Shown here one piece after another: positions 40,847 through 49,746 of a stretch of DNA of 64,000 bases. The stretch is taken from assembly GCA_005882775.1 (NCBI GenBank), contig VBDY01000120.1, positions 3,357 to 67,356 of the forward strand, read 5' to 3'. A model generated the notes under the pieces. The model made no database searches. It saw only the letters and a program-made list of their open reading frames with translations, and had not been told where the DNA came from. Source of the stretch: Chloroflexota bacterium (GTDB taxonomy: Bacteria; Chloroflexota; Dormibacteria; CF-121). Positions within the stretch are counted from its first letter, which is position 1, and each line of letters begins with the position of its first letter. The position numbers and the translations under genes are program-made.

Positions 40847-41737
40847 TTATTTGTCCAGGCGGCGCCGGCTGCGAGTGACGGCACCGCGGTCGCCGATTAT
40901 ATAGTTGCCCATCTCCAACAATGTCAAGCGGCGGCTCACTTCTATCACGTCCAAACGCAATTGCTCCGCCAACTCATCATGATGGCGCGGTTCTACCCAG
41001 TCGAGCAATTCCCAAACGGCGGCAAGCTCAGGTTCTTGCGGTCCTGAATCCGCGCGCGCAGGCGCGGGTGCACGCGCGTGCGCGCGTGCGTACGCGCGTA
41101 CCGCCTCCGGGAGCTCGGCCAGCACGTCCTCGACTGTTCGCACCAGCGTGGCGCCATCTTTGACCAGGCTGTGCGGCCCGAGCGTCAGAGGATTTTCGAT
41201 GCTCCCGGGTACGCAGAACACCTCGCGCCCCTGCTCCAGCGCCAGGCGCGCCGTGATCAAGGCGCCGCTGCGTTCAGCGGCTTCCACGATGATCACGCCA
41301 AGGCTGAGTCCGCTGATGATCCGGTTGCGCACCGGAAAGCGAGCCGGGAGCGGCAGGCTGCCGTCCTCGGCCTCGCTCAGCAGGGCACCGGTGACCGCGA
41401 TCCGATCCGCCAGCTCGACGTGCTCGGGCGGATAGATCGGGTCGAGGCCGCTGGCGAGCACCGCCACCGTGGGCGTGGGGCCGGTCAGCGCCCCCTCATG
41501 CGCGGCCCGGTCGATACCGCGCGCCAGGCCGCTGACCACGATGATGCCCTGGTTGGAAAGGTCCTCCGCGAGCTGGTGCGCGGCCCGCTGGCCGTACGGT
41601 GTTCCCTGACGCGAACCCACCACCGCGACGGTTGGGCCGACAGGCAGGACGCCCCTGACGAACAACCGGGCGGGCGGATCCGCGATCGCCGCCAGGAGGA
41701 CGGGATAACCAGGGTCGTTCCGCCAGAGGACGCTCAC
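40847..41737 (-). CDS. dprA: DNA processing protein DprA/Smf
   Basis: Rossmann-like DprA domain (VAVVGSRQGTPYG...IVVSGLARGIDRAAHEGAL). Confidence 0.85.
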   Translation of the reverse strand: MSVLWRNDPGYPVLLAAIADPPARLFVRGVLPVGPTVAVVGSRQGTPYGQRAAHQLAEDLSNQGIIVVSGLARGIDRAAHEGALTGPTPTVAVLASGLDPIYPPEHVELADRIAVTGALLSEAEDGSLPLPARFPVRNRIISGLSLGVIIVEAAERSGALITARLALEQGREVFCVPGSIENPLTLGPHSLVKDGATLVRTVEDVLAELPEAVRAYARAHARAPAPARADSGPQEPELAAVWELLDWVEPRHHDELAEQLRLDVIEVSRRLTLLEMGNYIIGDRGAVTRSRRRLDK

Positions 41738-43257
41738 CCGCTTTCGCGATATTGGACTGCCTCGGCAAGGTGGGCGGCGGCGACGTCCGCCGCCCCCTCC
41801 AGGTCGGCAATTGTGCGCGCTACCCGGAGCAGCCGGTGGAGGGCTCGTCCGCTCAGGTGGAGGCGGTCACCTGCCGCGGTCAACAGGTCCTGCCCTGCGG
41901 CGTCCAGGTGGACATCGCGGCGCAGCTGGGTGCCGGTGAGCGCACCGTTCAGTGGACCGTCCGGCCGCCGCTTTCGCTGCCGGGCACGGGCATCCATGAC
42001 CCGCTCGCGAACTGTGGCGCTTGACTCAGCACCGTCGGCGTGGTGCAGGAGCTCGGCGGCCGGCTGCCGGAGCACCGATACCTGGAGGTCGATCCGGTCG
42101 CGGATGGGGCCGGACAGGCGCGCCTGGTAGCGCTGCCGTTGAGGTGGTGTGCAGGTGCAGGGCTTCTTCTGATCGCCGTAGCGTCCGCAGGGGCACGGGT
42201 TGGCGGCGGCGACCAGGATGAAACGGCTGGGAAGGACCGCGTGCCCGTGCCTTCTCGCCACCACCAGCCGTCCGTCCTCGATCGGCTGGCGCAGCGCTTC
42301 GAGCGCATCCCGACGCAACTCGTTGATCTCGTCCAAAAACAACACCCCGTTGTGCGCCCTGCTCAGCTCGCCCGGCTGCGGCGTGTTGTCGCCACCGCCG
42401 ATCAACCCGGCCGTCGAGATGCTGTGATGTGGCGCCCGAAATGGAGGCTCTGTGATCAGGCCGCTGCCGGGAGCCAGGCCGCCGAGGATGGAGGCGATGG
42501 TGGTGACCTCGAGCGCCGCTCTCTCCTCAAGCGACGGCATGATCCCGGGGAGGGCGCGGGCCAGGAGCGTTTTCCCCGAACCGGGCGGCCCGACAAATAA
42601 AAGATGATGCGATCCGGCGGCGGCAATCTCCAGCGCCCGCTTGGCGTGGGCGTGACCACGAACGTCGGCCAGGTCGACGGCGGTCAGGGCGGGCGATGGA
42701 TCGCCGGCCTCCAGGACCGTGTCGGGCAGCGGCTCCCCGTCCACCCAGTACCGCACCAGCCGCCGAAGGTCCGGGACCGCGTGCACCGGGCGGGAGGTGG
42801 CGAGCCGCGCCTCGGCCACATTCGCCGGCGGCACATAAAAGATGTTGGCCCCGCTGCGGTCGAGGTGGGCGCTGATGGCGAGAATGCCGCGGATGGGCCG
42901 GACCGAGCCGTCGAGAGCCAGCTCCCCCAACCAGGCTGCACCCTTAGGCAGGGGACGGTGGACGGTGCAGCTCAGGATGGCGGCGGCGATCGCCAGGTCA
43001 AACCCGGTCCCCTCCTTGCGGACCTGGGCCGGGGCCAGGTTGACGGTCACCTTCTGTCCCGGAAACTCCTGACCGCTGTTGTTGATCGCGATCTTGACCC
43101 TCTCCCTGGCCTCCTGCACCGCCCGGTCGACCAGGCCGACGATGTGGAAGCCAGGCAATCCCTGCCCGATGTCGGCCTCCACCTCCACCCGCATCCCCTC
43201 CAGCCCGAACACGGTGCCAGAAAGCGTATGGGCCTGCATCGACCGCATCATACACAA
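41734..43257 (-). CDS. comM: YifB/ComM family Mg-chelatase-like AAA+ ATPase
   Basis: Lon-like N-domain, AAA+ Walker A/B and C-terminal region. Alternative ATGs at 43251/43248/43239, and the true start is probably 43239. Confidence 0.85.
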   Translation of the reverse strand: MCMMRSMQAHTLSGTVFGLEGMRVEVEADIGQGLPGFHIVGLVDRAVQEARERVKIAINNSGQEFPGQKVTVNLAPAQVRKEGTGFDLAIAAAILSCTVHRPLPKGAAWLGELALDGSVRPIRGILAISAHLDRSGANIFYVPPANVAEARLATSRPVHAVPDLRRLVRYWVDGEPLPDTVLEAGDPSPALTAVDLADVRGHAHAKRALEIAAAGSHHLLFVGPPGSGKTLLARALPGIMPSLEERAALEVTTIASILGGLAPGSGLITEPPFRAPHHSISTAGLIGGGDNTPQPGELSRAHNGVLFLDEINELRRDALEALRQPIEDGRLVVARRHGHAVLPSRFILVAAANPCPCGRYGDQKKPCTCTPPQRQRYQARLSGPIRDRIDLQVSVLRQPAAELLHHADGAESSATVRERVMDARARQRKRRPDGPLNGALTGTQLRRDVHLDAAGQDLLTAAGDRLHLSGRALHRLLRVARTIADLEGAADVAAAHLAEAVQYRESG

Positions 43258-43267
43258 TTTTGTGTAT
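43250..43267. promoter_or_regulatory. 18-bp near-perfect palindrome ATACACAA-TT-TTGTGTAT in the 40-bp divergent region between comM and the acetyltransferase gene
   Basis: 8+8 bp perfect inverted repeat around a TT centre. It is the only AT-rich spot in the area and overlaps the comM start region. The half-site ACAC(A/T)A resembles NrdR-box halves. Confidence 0.45.
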
Positions 43268-43297
43268 GTTCCCGCACATAAGCCTTAGGATGGCCGC

Positions 43298-43843
43298 GTG
43301 TCCTGGAAACGGCGGGCGGCCGGCTGGCTCGGGGTCCTCACCACCCTTCCCTACCGGCTGGGCGGGCGGGTTCGGATCGGTCCGGGTCTGCTGGGCAATG
43401 GCCGGCTGCGGATCAGCGGACCTGGCACAGTGATCCTGGACCAGGACATCAACGCCTGGTCCCACGCCGAGGTCAACCACCTGCGGACGACCCGACGGGA
43501 GGCGGTGATCCGCGTCGGCCGCAACGTCCGCCTGAATGGATGCACGCTGACCGCTGCCGCAAGGATCGAGGTGGGCGCCGACTGCGTGCTCGGTTCGTGC
43601 GAGGTGCGTGACCACGAGGCGTGGCCGGCCGGGGTTCAACGGGACGTCGGATCCGACGGGCCCAGGCCGGTGATCATCGAGGACAACGTCTGGATCGGAG
43701 GCCAGGCTTCGGTACTGCCTGGCGTTCGGATTGGGCGAAACTCGGTGGTGGGGATCCACGCCGTCGTCTTCCAGGACGTGCCCGCGGATGTGATCGTCGC
43801 CGGCAATCCGGCTCGGGTTGTGCGCCCCCTGGAACGGGCATAA
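43298..43843 (+). CDS. hexapeptide-repeat (LbH) acetyltransferase, maltose/galactoside O-acetyltransferase-like
   Basis: C-terminal left-handed beta-helix repeats (VIIEDNVWIGGQASVLPGVRIGRNSVVGIHAVVFQDVPADVIVAGNPARVV). Confidence 0.75.
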   Translation: MSWKRRAAGWLGVLTTLPYRLGGRVRIGPGLLGNGRLRISGPGTVILDQDINAWSHAEVNHLRTTRREAVIRVGRNVRLNGCTLTAAARIEVGADCVLGSCEVRDHEAWPAGVQRDVGSDGPRPVIIEDNVWIGGQASVLPGVRIGRNSVVGIHAVVFQDVPADVIVAGNPARVVRPLERA

Positions 43844-43856
43844 TCGGACCAGGTCG

Positions 43857-44042
43857 ATGAAAGCCAACGCGCCTCCCACCGTCTGCGACCAGTGCAAGCG
43901 AATGCCGCACTGGGAGCGGCTTCGGGGACCGGATCAGCAGGTCCGCCTCGCCGATGGACGCATGGTCCTCAGGCGCGGCCAGGGCTGGGTCTGCACCCGC
44001 TGCGGTCACACCATCCCGATTTCGTTCGAGGCATATAGCTGA
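43857..44042 (+). CDS. small zinc-ribbon protein (CxxC...CxxC)
   Basis: MKANAPPTVCDQCKRMPHWERL...WVCTRCGHTIPISFEAYS. The ORF tool start at 43818 overlaps the acetyltransferase 3' end. Confidence 0.45.
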   Translation: MKANAPPTVCDQCKRMPHWERLRGPDQQVRLADGRMVLRRGQGWVCTRCGHTIPISFEAYS

Positions 44043-44638
44043 TCACGGTCGAGACCCAGGCGCGCCTCGACCGGCTGCGCCGAACGCTCACCGACCGGGA
44101 TCGATCGGTCGTTGACGCGGCCCCGCCCCTGGTGCGCGCGGGCGTCCTGGTGCCGCTGATCCCGTCGACCAACGGGGTCGAGATCCTGCTCACCCGGCGC
44201 ACCGACACCGTGCTCACCCACAAAGGCCAGATCTCCTTCCCCGGAGGCCAGCAGGAAAGCGGGGATGCGGACATCGTCGAGACCGCGCTGCGCGAAGCCT
44301 ACGAGGAGGTCGGTCTGGAACCGTCGCGGGTCGAGGTTCTCGGCGAGCTCGACGACGTCTTCACGGCTGTCAGCGGCTTCGTCGTCACCCCGGTGGTCGG
44401 GCTGCTGGCGGGCGGTACCCAGGACCTGCGGCCGGCGCCCACTGAGGTGAGAAGCCTGCTGGTGGTTCCGATCACCCGTCTCCTCGAGCCCGCGGTCCAC
44501 ACCACCCAGGTCCGCACCGGCAACGGGCAGCGTTTCACCATCGACTACTACACGGTCGATGAGGACGTCATCTGGGGCGCGACCGGCCGCATGCTCAACC
44601 AGTTCCTGCGAGCCTGGGAGGCAGCGGCGGAGGGTTAG
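44039..44638 (+). CDS. NUDIX hydrolase, CoA pyrophosphatase (NudL-like)
   Basis: Nudix box (GGQQESGDADIVETALREAYEEVGL). The ORF tool starts at GTG 44132. A conserved-looking N-terminal segment ITVETQARLDRLRRTLTDRDRSVVDAAPPL runs in frame upstream to TAG 44036-38. CTG at 44039 has GAGG 7 nt upstream. Confidence 0.75.
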   Translation: MITVETQARLDRLRRTLTDRDRSVVDAAPPLVRAGVLVPLIPSTNGVEILLTRRTDTVLTHKGQISFPGGQQESGDADIVETALREAYEEVGLEPSRVEVLGELDDVFTAVSGFVVTPVVGLLAGGTQDLRPAPTEVRSLLVVPITRLLEPAVHTTQVRTGNGQRFTIDYYTVDEDVIWGATGRMLNQFLRAWEAAAEG

Positions 44639-45000
44639 TCGATCGCGTTCTTTACGTGCTCGACCGAACGCAGCCGGCCACCCTCCACGATCAGACCCAC
44701 CACATCGAATCGGACCGTGCCGCGATAGGGGTGCCGGGCCAGGTAATAGGTGGCGAGCTGGCGAAGCTTGCGGATCTTGCGCCGATCCACCGCCTCCTGG
44801 GGCAGCCCGAAACGAGTCCCGGCGCGGGTCTTGACTTCGACAAAGACCAGGGTCGCCCCGTCCATCGCCACCAGGTCCAGCTGACCGAGCGGCGTGCGCA
44901 CATCCCGGCCGACGATCCGGTAGCCGAGGCCAAGCAGATGGTCCTCGGCGAGCGCCTCGCCGCTAGTCCCGAGGCTCGGGACCATTGGTTGCGCCAGCAT
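44635..45000 (-). CDS. yraN: YraN/UPF0102 family endonuclease
   Basis: EDHLLGLGYRIVGRDVRTPLGQLDLVAMDGATLVFVEVKTR... The ORF extends to 45132. The likely start is ATG at 45000 or 44985. Confidence 0.75.
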   Translation of the reverse strand: MLAQPMVPSLGTSGEALAEDHLLGLGYRIVGRDVRTPLGQLDLVAMDGATLVFVEVKTRAGTRFGLPQEAVDRRKIRKLRQLATYYLARHPYRGTVRFDVVGLIVEGGRLRSVEHVKNAID

Positions 45001-45685
45001 AGGCCGCCGCCTCCAGCGCGGCCCGGTCGCGGATGGAGATGAAGGAGCGCCGGTGCAGGGGTGAGAGTCCGTGCCGGTCCATGGCGTGGAGATGTTCGGG
45101 GGTGGGGTAGCCCTTGTGCGTCTCGAAGCCATAGCCGGGGAACTGCCCCGCGAACCGGGCCATCAGCCGATCGCGGGTGACCTTGGCCAGGATCCCGCCG
45201 GACATGATCGAGATCGACCGGCTATCGCCCTTCACGATAGGGAGTTGCGGGACCAGCGCCTCAGGAAGCAGGAAGCCGTCGACCAGCAGATAGTCGATCC
45301 GGCGGCGCAGCTGGTGCAGAGCGATCCCCATGGCCCATCGAGCCGCCCGGCCGACCCCCACCCGGTCGATCTCATCGACCTCGACGATCCCGACGCCCCA
45401 GGCCTCGGCGCCGTCGAGGATGCACTCGTAGTAGTGGTCGCGTTCCTCTGCGGTGAGCAGCTTGGAGTCGTTGATGCCCTCGCAGTGGAAGAAGGGCCGC
45501 ATGACCGCCGCTCCCGCGACCACCGGTCCCGCCCACGGGCCCCGGCCGGCCTCGTCGACGCCGGCAACGGATGCGTAGCCGAGCCCGAAGGCCTGCCGCT
45601 CGAAGACCCAGAGGTCCCGGTCAGCTTTCGGCTTCTTCGGTCTCTTCTGCTGGAGTTTCGCGGTCGGCGGGGACGCTTGTGGCAA
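44963..45685 (-). CDS. rnhB: ribonuclease HII
   Basis: [16 protein letters not shown] plus the RNase HII core. The ORF tool ATG at 45874 lies 250 nt inside rplS (Arg-rich junk). The candidate TTG at 45685 overlaps rplS by 65 nt. No ATG/GTG/TTG exists between the rplS stop (45621) and the conserved core. Confidence 0.8.
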   Translation of the reverse strand: MPQASPPTAKLQQKRPKKPKADRDLWVFERQAFGLGYASVAGVDEAGRGPWAGPVVAGAAVMRPFFHCEGINDSKLLTAEERDHYYECILDGAEAWGVGIVEVDEIDRVGVGRAARWAMGIALHQLRRRIDYLLVDGFLLPEALVPQLPIVKGDSRSISIMSGGILAKVTRDRLMARFAGQFPGYGFETHKGYPTPEHLHAMDRHGLSPLHRRSFISIRDRAALEAAAYAGATNGPEPRD

Positions 45686-46034
45686 CGCTCTGTCGTTTCT
45701 CCCGGATGCGCGCGCTCTTGCCCACCTTTCCACGCAGGTAGTAAAGCTTCGCGCGGCGGACCTTGCCGTGTCGAACGACGTCGATCTTGTCGATCCGAGG
45801 CGAGTGCAGCAGGAAGCTACGCTCGACGCCCACCCCGTGCGCGATCCGGCGCACTGTGAAGCTCTCCTTCGCACCAGCCCCGCGGCAGCCGATCACGATG
45901 CCTTCGAAGATCTGGACGCGCTCCCGGTTGCCCTCGACCACCTTGGCGTGCACCTTGACGGTATCGCCGGGGGTGAGCGAGGGGACGTTTTTGCGCCTGG
46001 TCTCGGCGTCCAGCAGATCGATCACGTTGGACAC
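45621..46034 (-). CDS. rplS: 50S ribosomal protein L19 with acidic C-terminal extension
   Basis: [11 protein letters not shown]...[35 protein letters not shown]... Likely GTG start at 46034. About 23 extra acidic residues (...[16 protein letters not shown]) follow the usual C-terminus. Confidence 0.9.
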   Translation of the reverse strand: MSNVIDLLDAETRRKNVPSLTPGDTVKVHAKVVEGNRERVQIFEGIVIGCRGAGAKESFTVRRIAHGVGVERSFLLHSPRIDKIDVVRHGKVRRAKLYYLRGKVGKSARIREKRQSVATSVPADRETPAEETEEAES

Positions 46035-46099
46035 GGCGTACAAGCATACCAGCCGCCCGCGCCGCAACTATCTAAAGACAACGATCTCTGGCGTCACAC

Positions 46100-46765
46100 C
46101 TACGACAGAAGATCCGGCCGGCGGCGTTTCGTGCGCGCCTCCGCCTGCTGCCGGCGCCAGCGCTCGATCTCGGCGTGATGGCCCGATAGCAGCACGTCCG
46201 GCACAGCGTGGCCTTCGAAGACGGGCGGCCGGGTGTAGTGGGGATACTCGAGGAGCTTCTCGGCAAAAGACTCGTCGAGCGGAGAGGCCTGGGCGCCGAG
46301 CACGCCGGGTATCAGGCGGCTGACCGCGTCGATCACGACCAGCGCCGCGAGCTCGCCTCCGGTCAGTACGTAATCGCCGATCGAGAGCTCCCGGTCGACC
46401 AGGTGGCTCGCGACCCGGTCGTCGACTCCCTCGTAACGGCCGCAGATCAGGTAGAGGTCCGGCTGCTGCGCGAGCTCCCGGGCGATCCGCTGGTTGAAGA
46501 GCTCTCCCTGCGGGCTGAGCAGGATGACCGGCCCCGATCCCTGGCGGGCGCGGACCGCCTCGAAGATCGGCTCCGGCTTGAGCACCATCCCGGCCCCGCC
46601 CCCGTAGGGGACGTCATCCACCTGGCGGTGCCGGTCGTGGGTGTAGTCGCGGAGGTTGTGAAGGGTCAGGCCCACCACGCCCGCGGACAGGGCCCGGCCG
46701 GTCACCCCATGGGCGAGCGCTCCCGGAAAGAGCTCGGGAAAGAGCGTCAGCACCTCGAACTGCAT
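46100..46765 (-). CDS. trmD: tRNA (guanine37-N1)-methyltransferase
   Basis: SPOUT-fold TrmD motifs ([25 protein letters not shown]). Confidence 0.95.
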   Translation of the reverse strand: MQFEVLTLFPELFPGALAHGVTGRALSAGVVGLTLHNLRDYTHDRHRQVDDVPYGGGAGMVLKPEPIFEAVRARQGSGPVILLSPQGELFNQRIARELAQQPDLYLICGRYEGVDDRVASHLVDRELSIGDYVLTGGELAALVVIDAVSRLIPGVLGAQASPLDESFAEKLLEYPHYTRPPVFEGHAVPDVLLSGHHAEIERWRRQQAEARTKRRRPDLLS

Positions 46766-47274
46766 CAGGCCGAACCTTCCTCGGGCATGTCGACGACGAT
46801 CCGCCCTTGCGAAGGATCGATGGTACGGACGATGCTGCGCACCATAGGCACCAGCACCTCCTTTACGCCGGCCGTGACGCGAAGCACGTCGTTCGCTTCG
46901 TACTCCAGTACCTCCGCCACCGTCCCGAGCACGCGGTCGCTGCGTTGATCGACCACGCTCAGGCCGACCAGCTGGTAGTGGTAGTAGCGGCCCGAGGGCA
47001 GCCTCTTCGCCTGGTCGAGGGGAACGGTCAGATAAGCCCCGCCTAGGCGGGCAGCCGCCTCGCGCGTATCGATCCCCTCGAATCGGACCAGCAGGTGATC
47101 CCCTTTCCGGTCGAGCGCGGTCACGGTCAGGAGCGCGCCAGCGGCCAGGACCCGACTGCCTGGCGAAAAGCGGTCCGACGGAAAGTCTGTGAGCGCCTCC
47201 ACCTGGACGGCTCCCTTGACGCCGTGCGCTTTCACGACCCGACCCACCCGGAGGTCGGGCCCGTCGGCCGTCAC
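46765..47274 (-). CDS. rimM: 16S rRNA processing protein RimM
   Basis: RimM N-terminal barrel plus PRC barrel. Overlaps trmD by 1 nt. Confidence 0.9.
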   Translation of the reverse strand: MTADGPDLRVGRVVKAHGVKGAVQVEALTDFPSDRFSPGSRVLAAGALLTVTALDRKGDHLLVRFEGIDTREAAARLGGAYLTVPLDQAKRLPSGRYYHYQLVGLSVVDQRSDRVLGTVAEVLEYEANDVLRVTAGVKEVLVPMVRSIVRTIDPSQGRIVVDMPEEGSA

Positions 47275-47507
47275 ACGATCTCGACCATCACCCGGTCGTG
47301 GTTCTTGAGGGCGGCCGCGCGAACCACCGCCCGGATGGCATCGATATTCCTGCCGCCGCGGCCGATCACCTTGCCCACGTCCTCGTTAGCCAGGCTCACC
47401 TCCACCCGGTTGGTGCGCTCGCCCTCGACCATCGTCACCTTGACCTCGTCGGGTTTGGCCACGATCGACTTGATGATGTAGCCGACCAGGTCGGTGTAGT
47501 CGTACAT
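47271..47507 (-). CDS. KH-domain RNA-binding protein (YlqC/UPF0109)
   Basis: 78 aa with a GxxG KH loop ([13 protein letters not shown]). Conserved position between rpsP and rimM. Confidence 0.85.
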   Translation of the reverse strand: MYDYTDLVGYIIKSIVAKPDEVKVTMVEGERTNRVEVSLANEDVGKVIGRGGRNIDAIRAVVRAAALKNHDRVMVEIV

Positions 47508-47863
47508 CAGGAGGCCTCGGCAGGCGCCGCGGCCGCGGTCGGCGCGGGGGCCGGCGCCGCGGGCTCGGCCGGGACAGCCGCCTTCGCCGGCTTGCTGGGC
47601 CGCTTGCGTGCCGATTCCTTGGGGAGAAGCCCCTGGTCGATCAGGAATGCCCGGGCCGTGTCGGATGGCCGCGCGCCTTTCTGCAGCCAGCTCTTGACCT
47701 TCTCCTGGTCGATGTTGAGCTTGACCGGATCGGTCATCGGGTCGTAGGTGCCCAGGATCTCGATGAACTTTCCATCCCTGGGCGAACGCGTGTCGGCTAC
47801 CACCAAACGGTAGAACGGGTGCTTTTTGGCGCCAATCCGGCGCAGACGAATCTTGACTGACAT
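47507..47863 (-). CDS. rpsP: 30S ribosomal protein S16 with Ala/Pro-rich C-terminal extension
   Basis: MSVKIRLRRIGAKKHPFYRLVVADTRSPRDGKFIE... core, followed by ~35 residues of A/P-rich tail. Confidence 0.95.
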   Translation of the reverse strand: MSVKIRLRRIGAKKHPFYRLVVADTRSPRDGKFIEILGTYDPMTDPVKLNIDQEKVKSWLQKGARPSDTARAFLIDQGLLPKESARKRPSKPAKAAVPAEPAAPAPAPTAAAAPAEAS

Positions 47864-49204
47864 CTAGCCTCCTTTGAGCAATTGCGCGGGATCGATTGGT
47901 AAGCCACGAAACTTCTTCCCCTTCCCCATCTGCTTCATCAGCTGCTGCATCTGCTGGAATCCCTTGAGCAGCCGGTTGACGGCTGCGATGTCGGACCCGG
48001 AGCCGGCGGCGATCCTGCGCCGGCGGTTGCCATCGATCATCTCCGGCCGCTCGCGCTCAGCCGGGGTCATGGACAGGATGATCGCCTCCATCCGTCGCAG
48101 CTGGTCGTCGCTCGGCATGGCGCCGGCCACATCCTTCAGACGGCCGGCACCCGGAATCATCCCGATCAGGCCCTCCAGCGGCCCCATCTTCTTGACCTGC
48201 TTCAGCTGCTCCATGAAATCGGTCAGGGTCAGGCGGCCGGCGCGGAGTTTTTTCTCCATGTCGCGGGCCTGGGTTTCATCCACGTGCTCCTGCGCCTTTT
48301 CGATCAGGGTCAGGACGTCGCCCATCCCCAGGATCCGCGACGCCATCCGGTCCGGGTAGAAAACCTCGAAATCGGTCAGCTTCTCACCCACGCCGACGAA
48401 CTGGATGGGACACTGGGTTACCGCCCGCAAAGAGAGCGCGGCGCCACCGCGCGCGTCGCCGTCGAGCTTGGTCAGGATGGCGCCGGTGAGCGAGATTGTC
48501 TGCTGGAAGGCCGTGGTCACGCTCACCGCCTGCTGGCCGGTCATGGCATCGAGCACCAGCAGTCGATGACGGCTCGGCACCGCCGCCGCGATCCGTTTCA
48601 GCTCGTCGAGCAGGTCCTGGTCGACCTGCAGCCGACCGGCGGTGTCCAGCAGGATGACGTCGGCGTTGACCCGCCGTGCCTCCTCAACCGAGGCCGTGGC
48701 GATCTGGACCGGATCGGTGTTGCGCGGCGCAAAGGACGGAAGCGACAGGCTGGTGGCGAGCACCTCGAGCTGCTCCATGGCGGCCGGGCGGCGGACGTCG
48801 GTGGAGACCAGCAGCGGGCGATGGCCTTCGCGGCGGGTGAAGAGCGCGAGTTTTCCGGCCGTCGTGGTCTTACCCGACCCCTGCAGCCCGGCCAGCACGA
48901 TCACGGTCGGCGGTGACGGCGCATAGGTCATCGGCTCGCGCGTTCCGAGCAGCGCGATCAGCTCCTCGTGCACGATCTTGACCAGCTGCTGGCCCGGGGT
49001 AAGGCTCTCCATCACCTCCGCCCCCACCGCCCGCTCCCGGATGCGAGCGATGAAATCCCGGGCGACCTTGTAGTTGACGTCGGCTTCGAGCAGGGCCAGC
49101 CTGATGTCGCGCAGGCCTGCGTCGACGTCAGCCTCGCTCAGCTTGCCCCGGCCGGTCAGCTTCTTCAGCGCGGCGTCGAGCCGGCCGGTCAGCGAGTCAA
49201 ACAT
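47864..49204 (-). CDS. ffh: signal recognition particle protein Ffh
   Basis: 446 aa with N, G (GLQGSGKTTT) and Met-rich M domains. Confidence 0.95.
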   Translation of the reverse strand: MFDSLTGRLDAALKKLTGRGKLSEADVDAGLRDIRLALLEADVNYKVARDFIARIRERAVGAEVMESLTPGQQLVKIVHEELIALLGTREPMTYAPSPPTVIVLAGLQGSGKTTTAGKLALFTRREGHRPLLVSTDVRRPAAMEQLEVLATSLSLPSFAPRNTDPVQIATASVEEARRVNADVILLDTAGRLQVDQDLLDELKRIAAAVPSRHRLLVLDAMTGQQAVSVTTAFQQTISLTGAILTKLDGDARGGAALSLRAVTQCPIQFVGVGEKLTDFEVFYPDRMASRILGMGDVLTLIEKAQEHVDETQARDMEKKLRAGRLTLTDFMEQLKQVKKMGPLEGLIGMIPGAGRLKDVAGAMPSDDQLRRMEAIILSMTPAERERPEMIDGNRRRRIAAGSGSDIAAVNRLLKGFQQMQQLMKQMGKGKKFRGLPIDPAQLLKGG

Positions 49205-49219
49205 CAGGGCCGCACCGAC

Positions 49220-49552
49220 TCAGGTCGTCTCCGCGATGGCGCGGCTGAGCGCGGTCAGCTGGCGCTCGAGCCCCAGGAGGCGTCGCTGCACCGCATCTAT
49301 GGATCGCGCCCGGGAGCGACGCTGACGCTCCAACCGGAGCTTGCGCTCGTACAGGTCGAGGCTCAACGCGGTCCGGCGCACCAGGTCATAGATGGCGGTG
49401 CGGCTGACGCTTTCGCGCTCAGCTATCTCCCCGTACGACCAATCTTCCTCCCAGGCGAGGTGCACGATCCGCCGTTGATGCTCGGTCAGCAGGGATCCGT
49501 AGAGGTCGAGCAGCCGGATCCGTCGCTGACGCACCCCCGCACTGTTAAGCAT
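49220..49552 (-). CDS. ylxM: YlxM/UPF0122 putative DNA-binding protein (sigma-70 region-4-like)
   Basis: MLNSAGVRQRRIRLLDLYGSLLTEHQRRIVHLAWEEDWSYGEIAERESVSRTAIYD... Conserved position upstream of ffh. The ORF extends to 49801 through Arg-rich junk. Confidence 0.8.
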   Translation of the reverse strand: MLNSAGVRQRRIRLLDLYGSLLTEHQRRIVHLAWEEDWSYGEIAERESVSRTAIYDLVRRTALSLDLYERKLRLERQRRSRARSIDAVQRRLLGLERQLTALSRAIAETT

Positions 49553-49611
49553 TATGCCTTGACAGTATACGAGCCGGTTGGCGGCGGGGGCCCGGTGACG
49601 GGGCGGTCGGC

Positions 49612-49746
49612 CTAGCGGCTCTCTTCCGCGTTCAGGACTACCTGCAGCAGCCACAGGAATCCCACGACCGCGGCGCCCAGCGCGACCAGCGCCAGCAGAC
49701 CGAGGAGCACGAAGAAGACCGCGGTCAGGGCTGCTCCTCCTCCCAC
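49612..49746 (-). CDS. possible 44-aa single-TM micro-protein
   Basis: GTG-start ORF VGGGAALTAVFFVLLGLLALVALGAAVVGFLWLLQVVLNAEESR, lying between the DUF2007 gene and ylxM. Too short for the ORF track. Confidence 0.25.
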   Translation of the reverse strand: MGGGAALTAVFFVLLGLLALVALGAAVVGFLWLLQVVLNAEESR

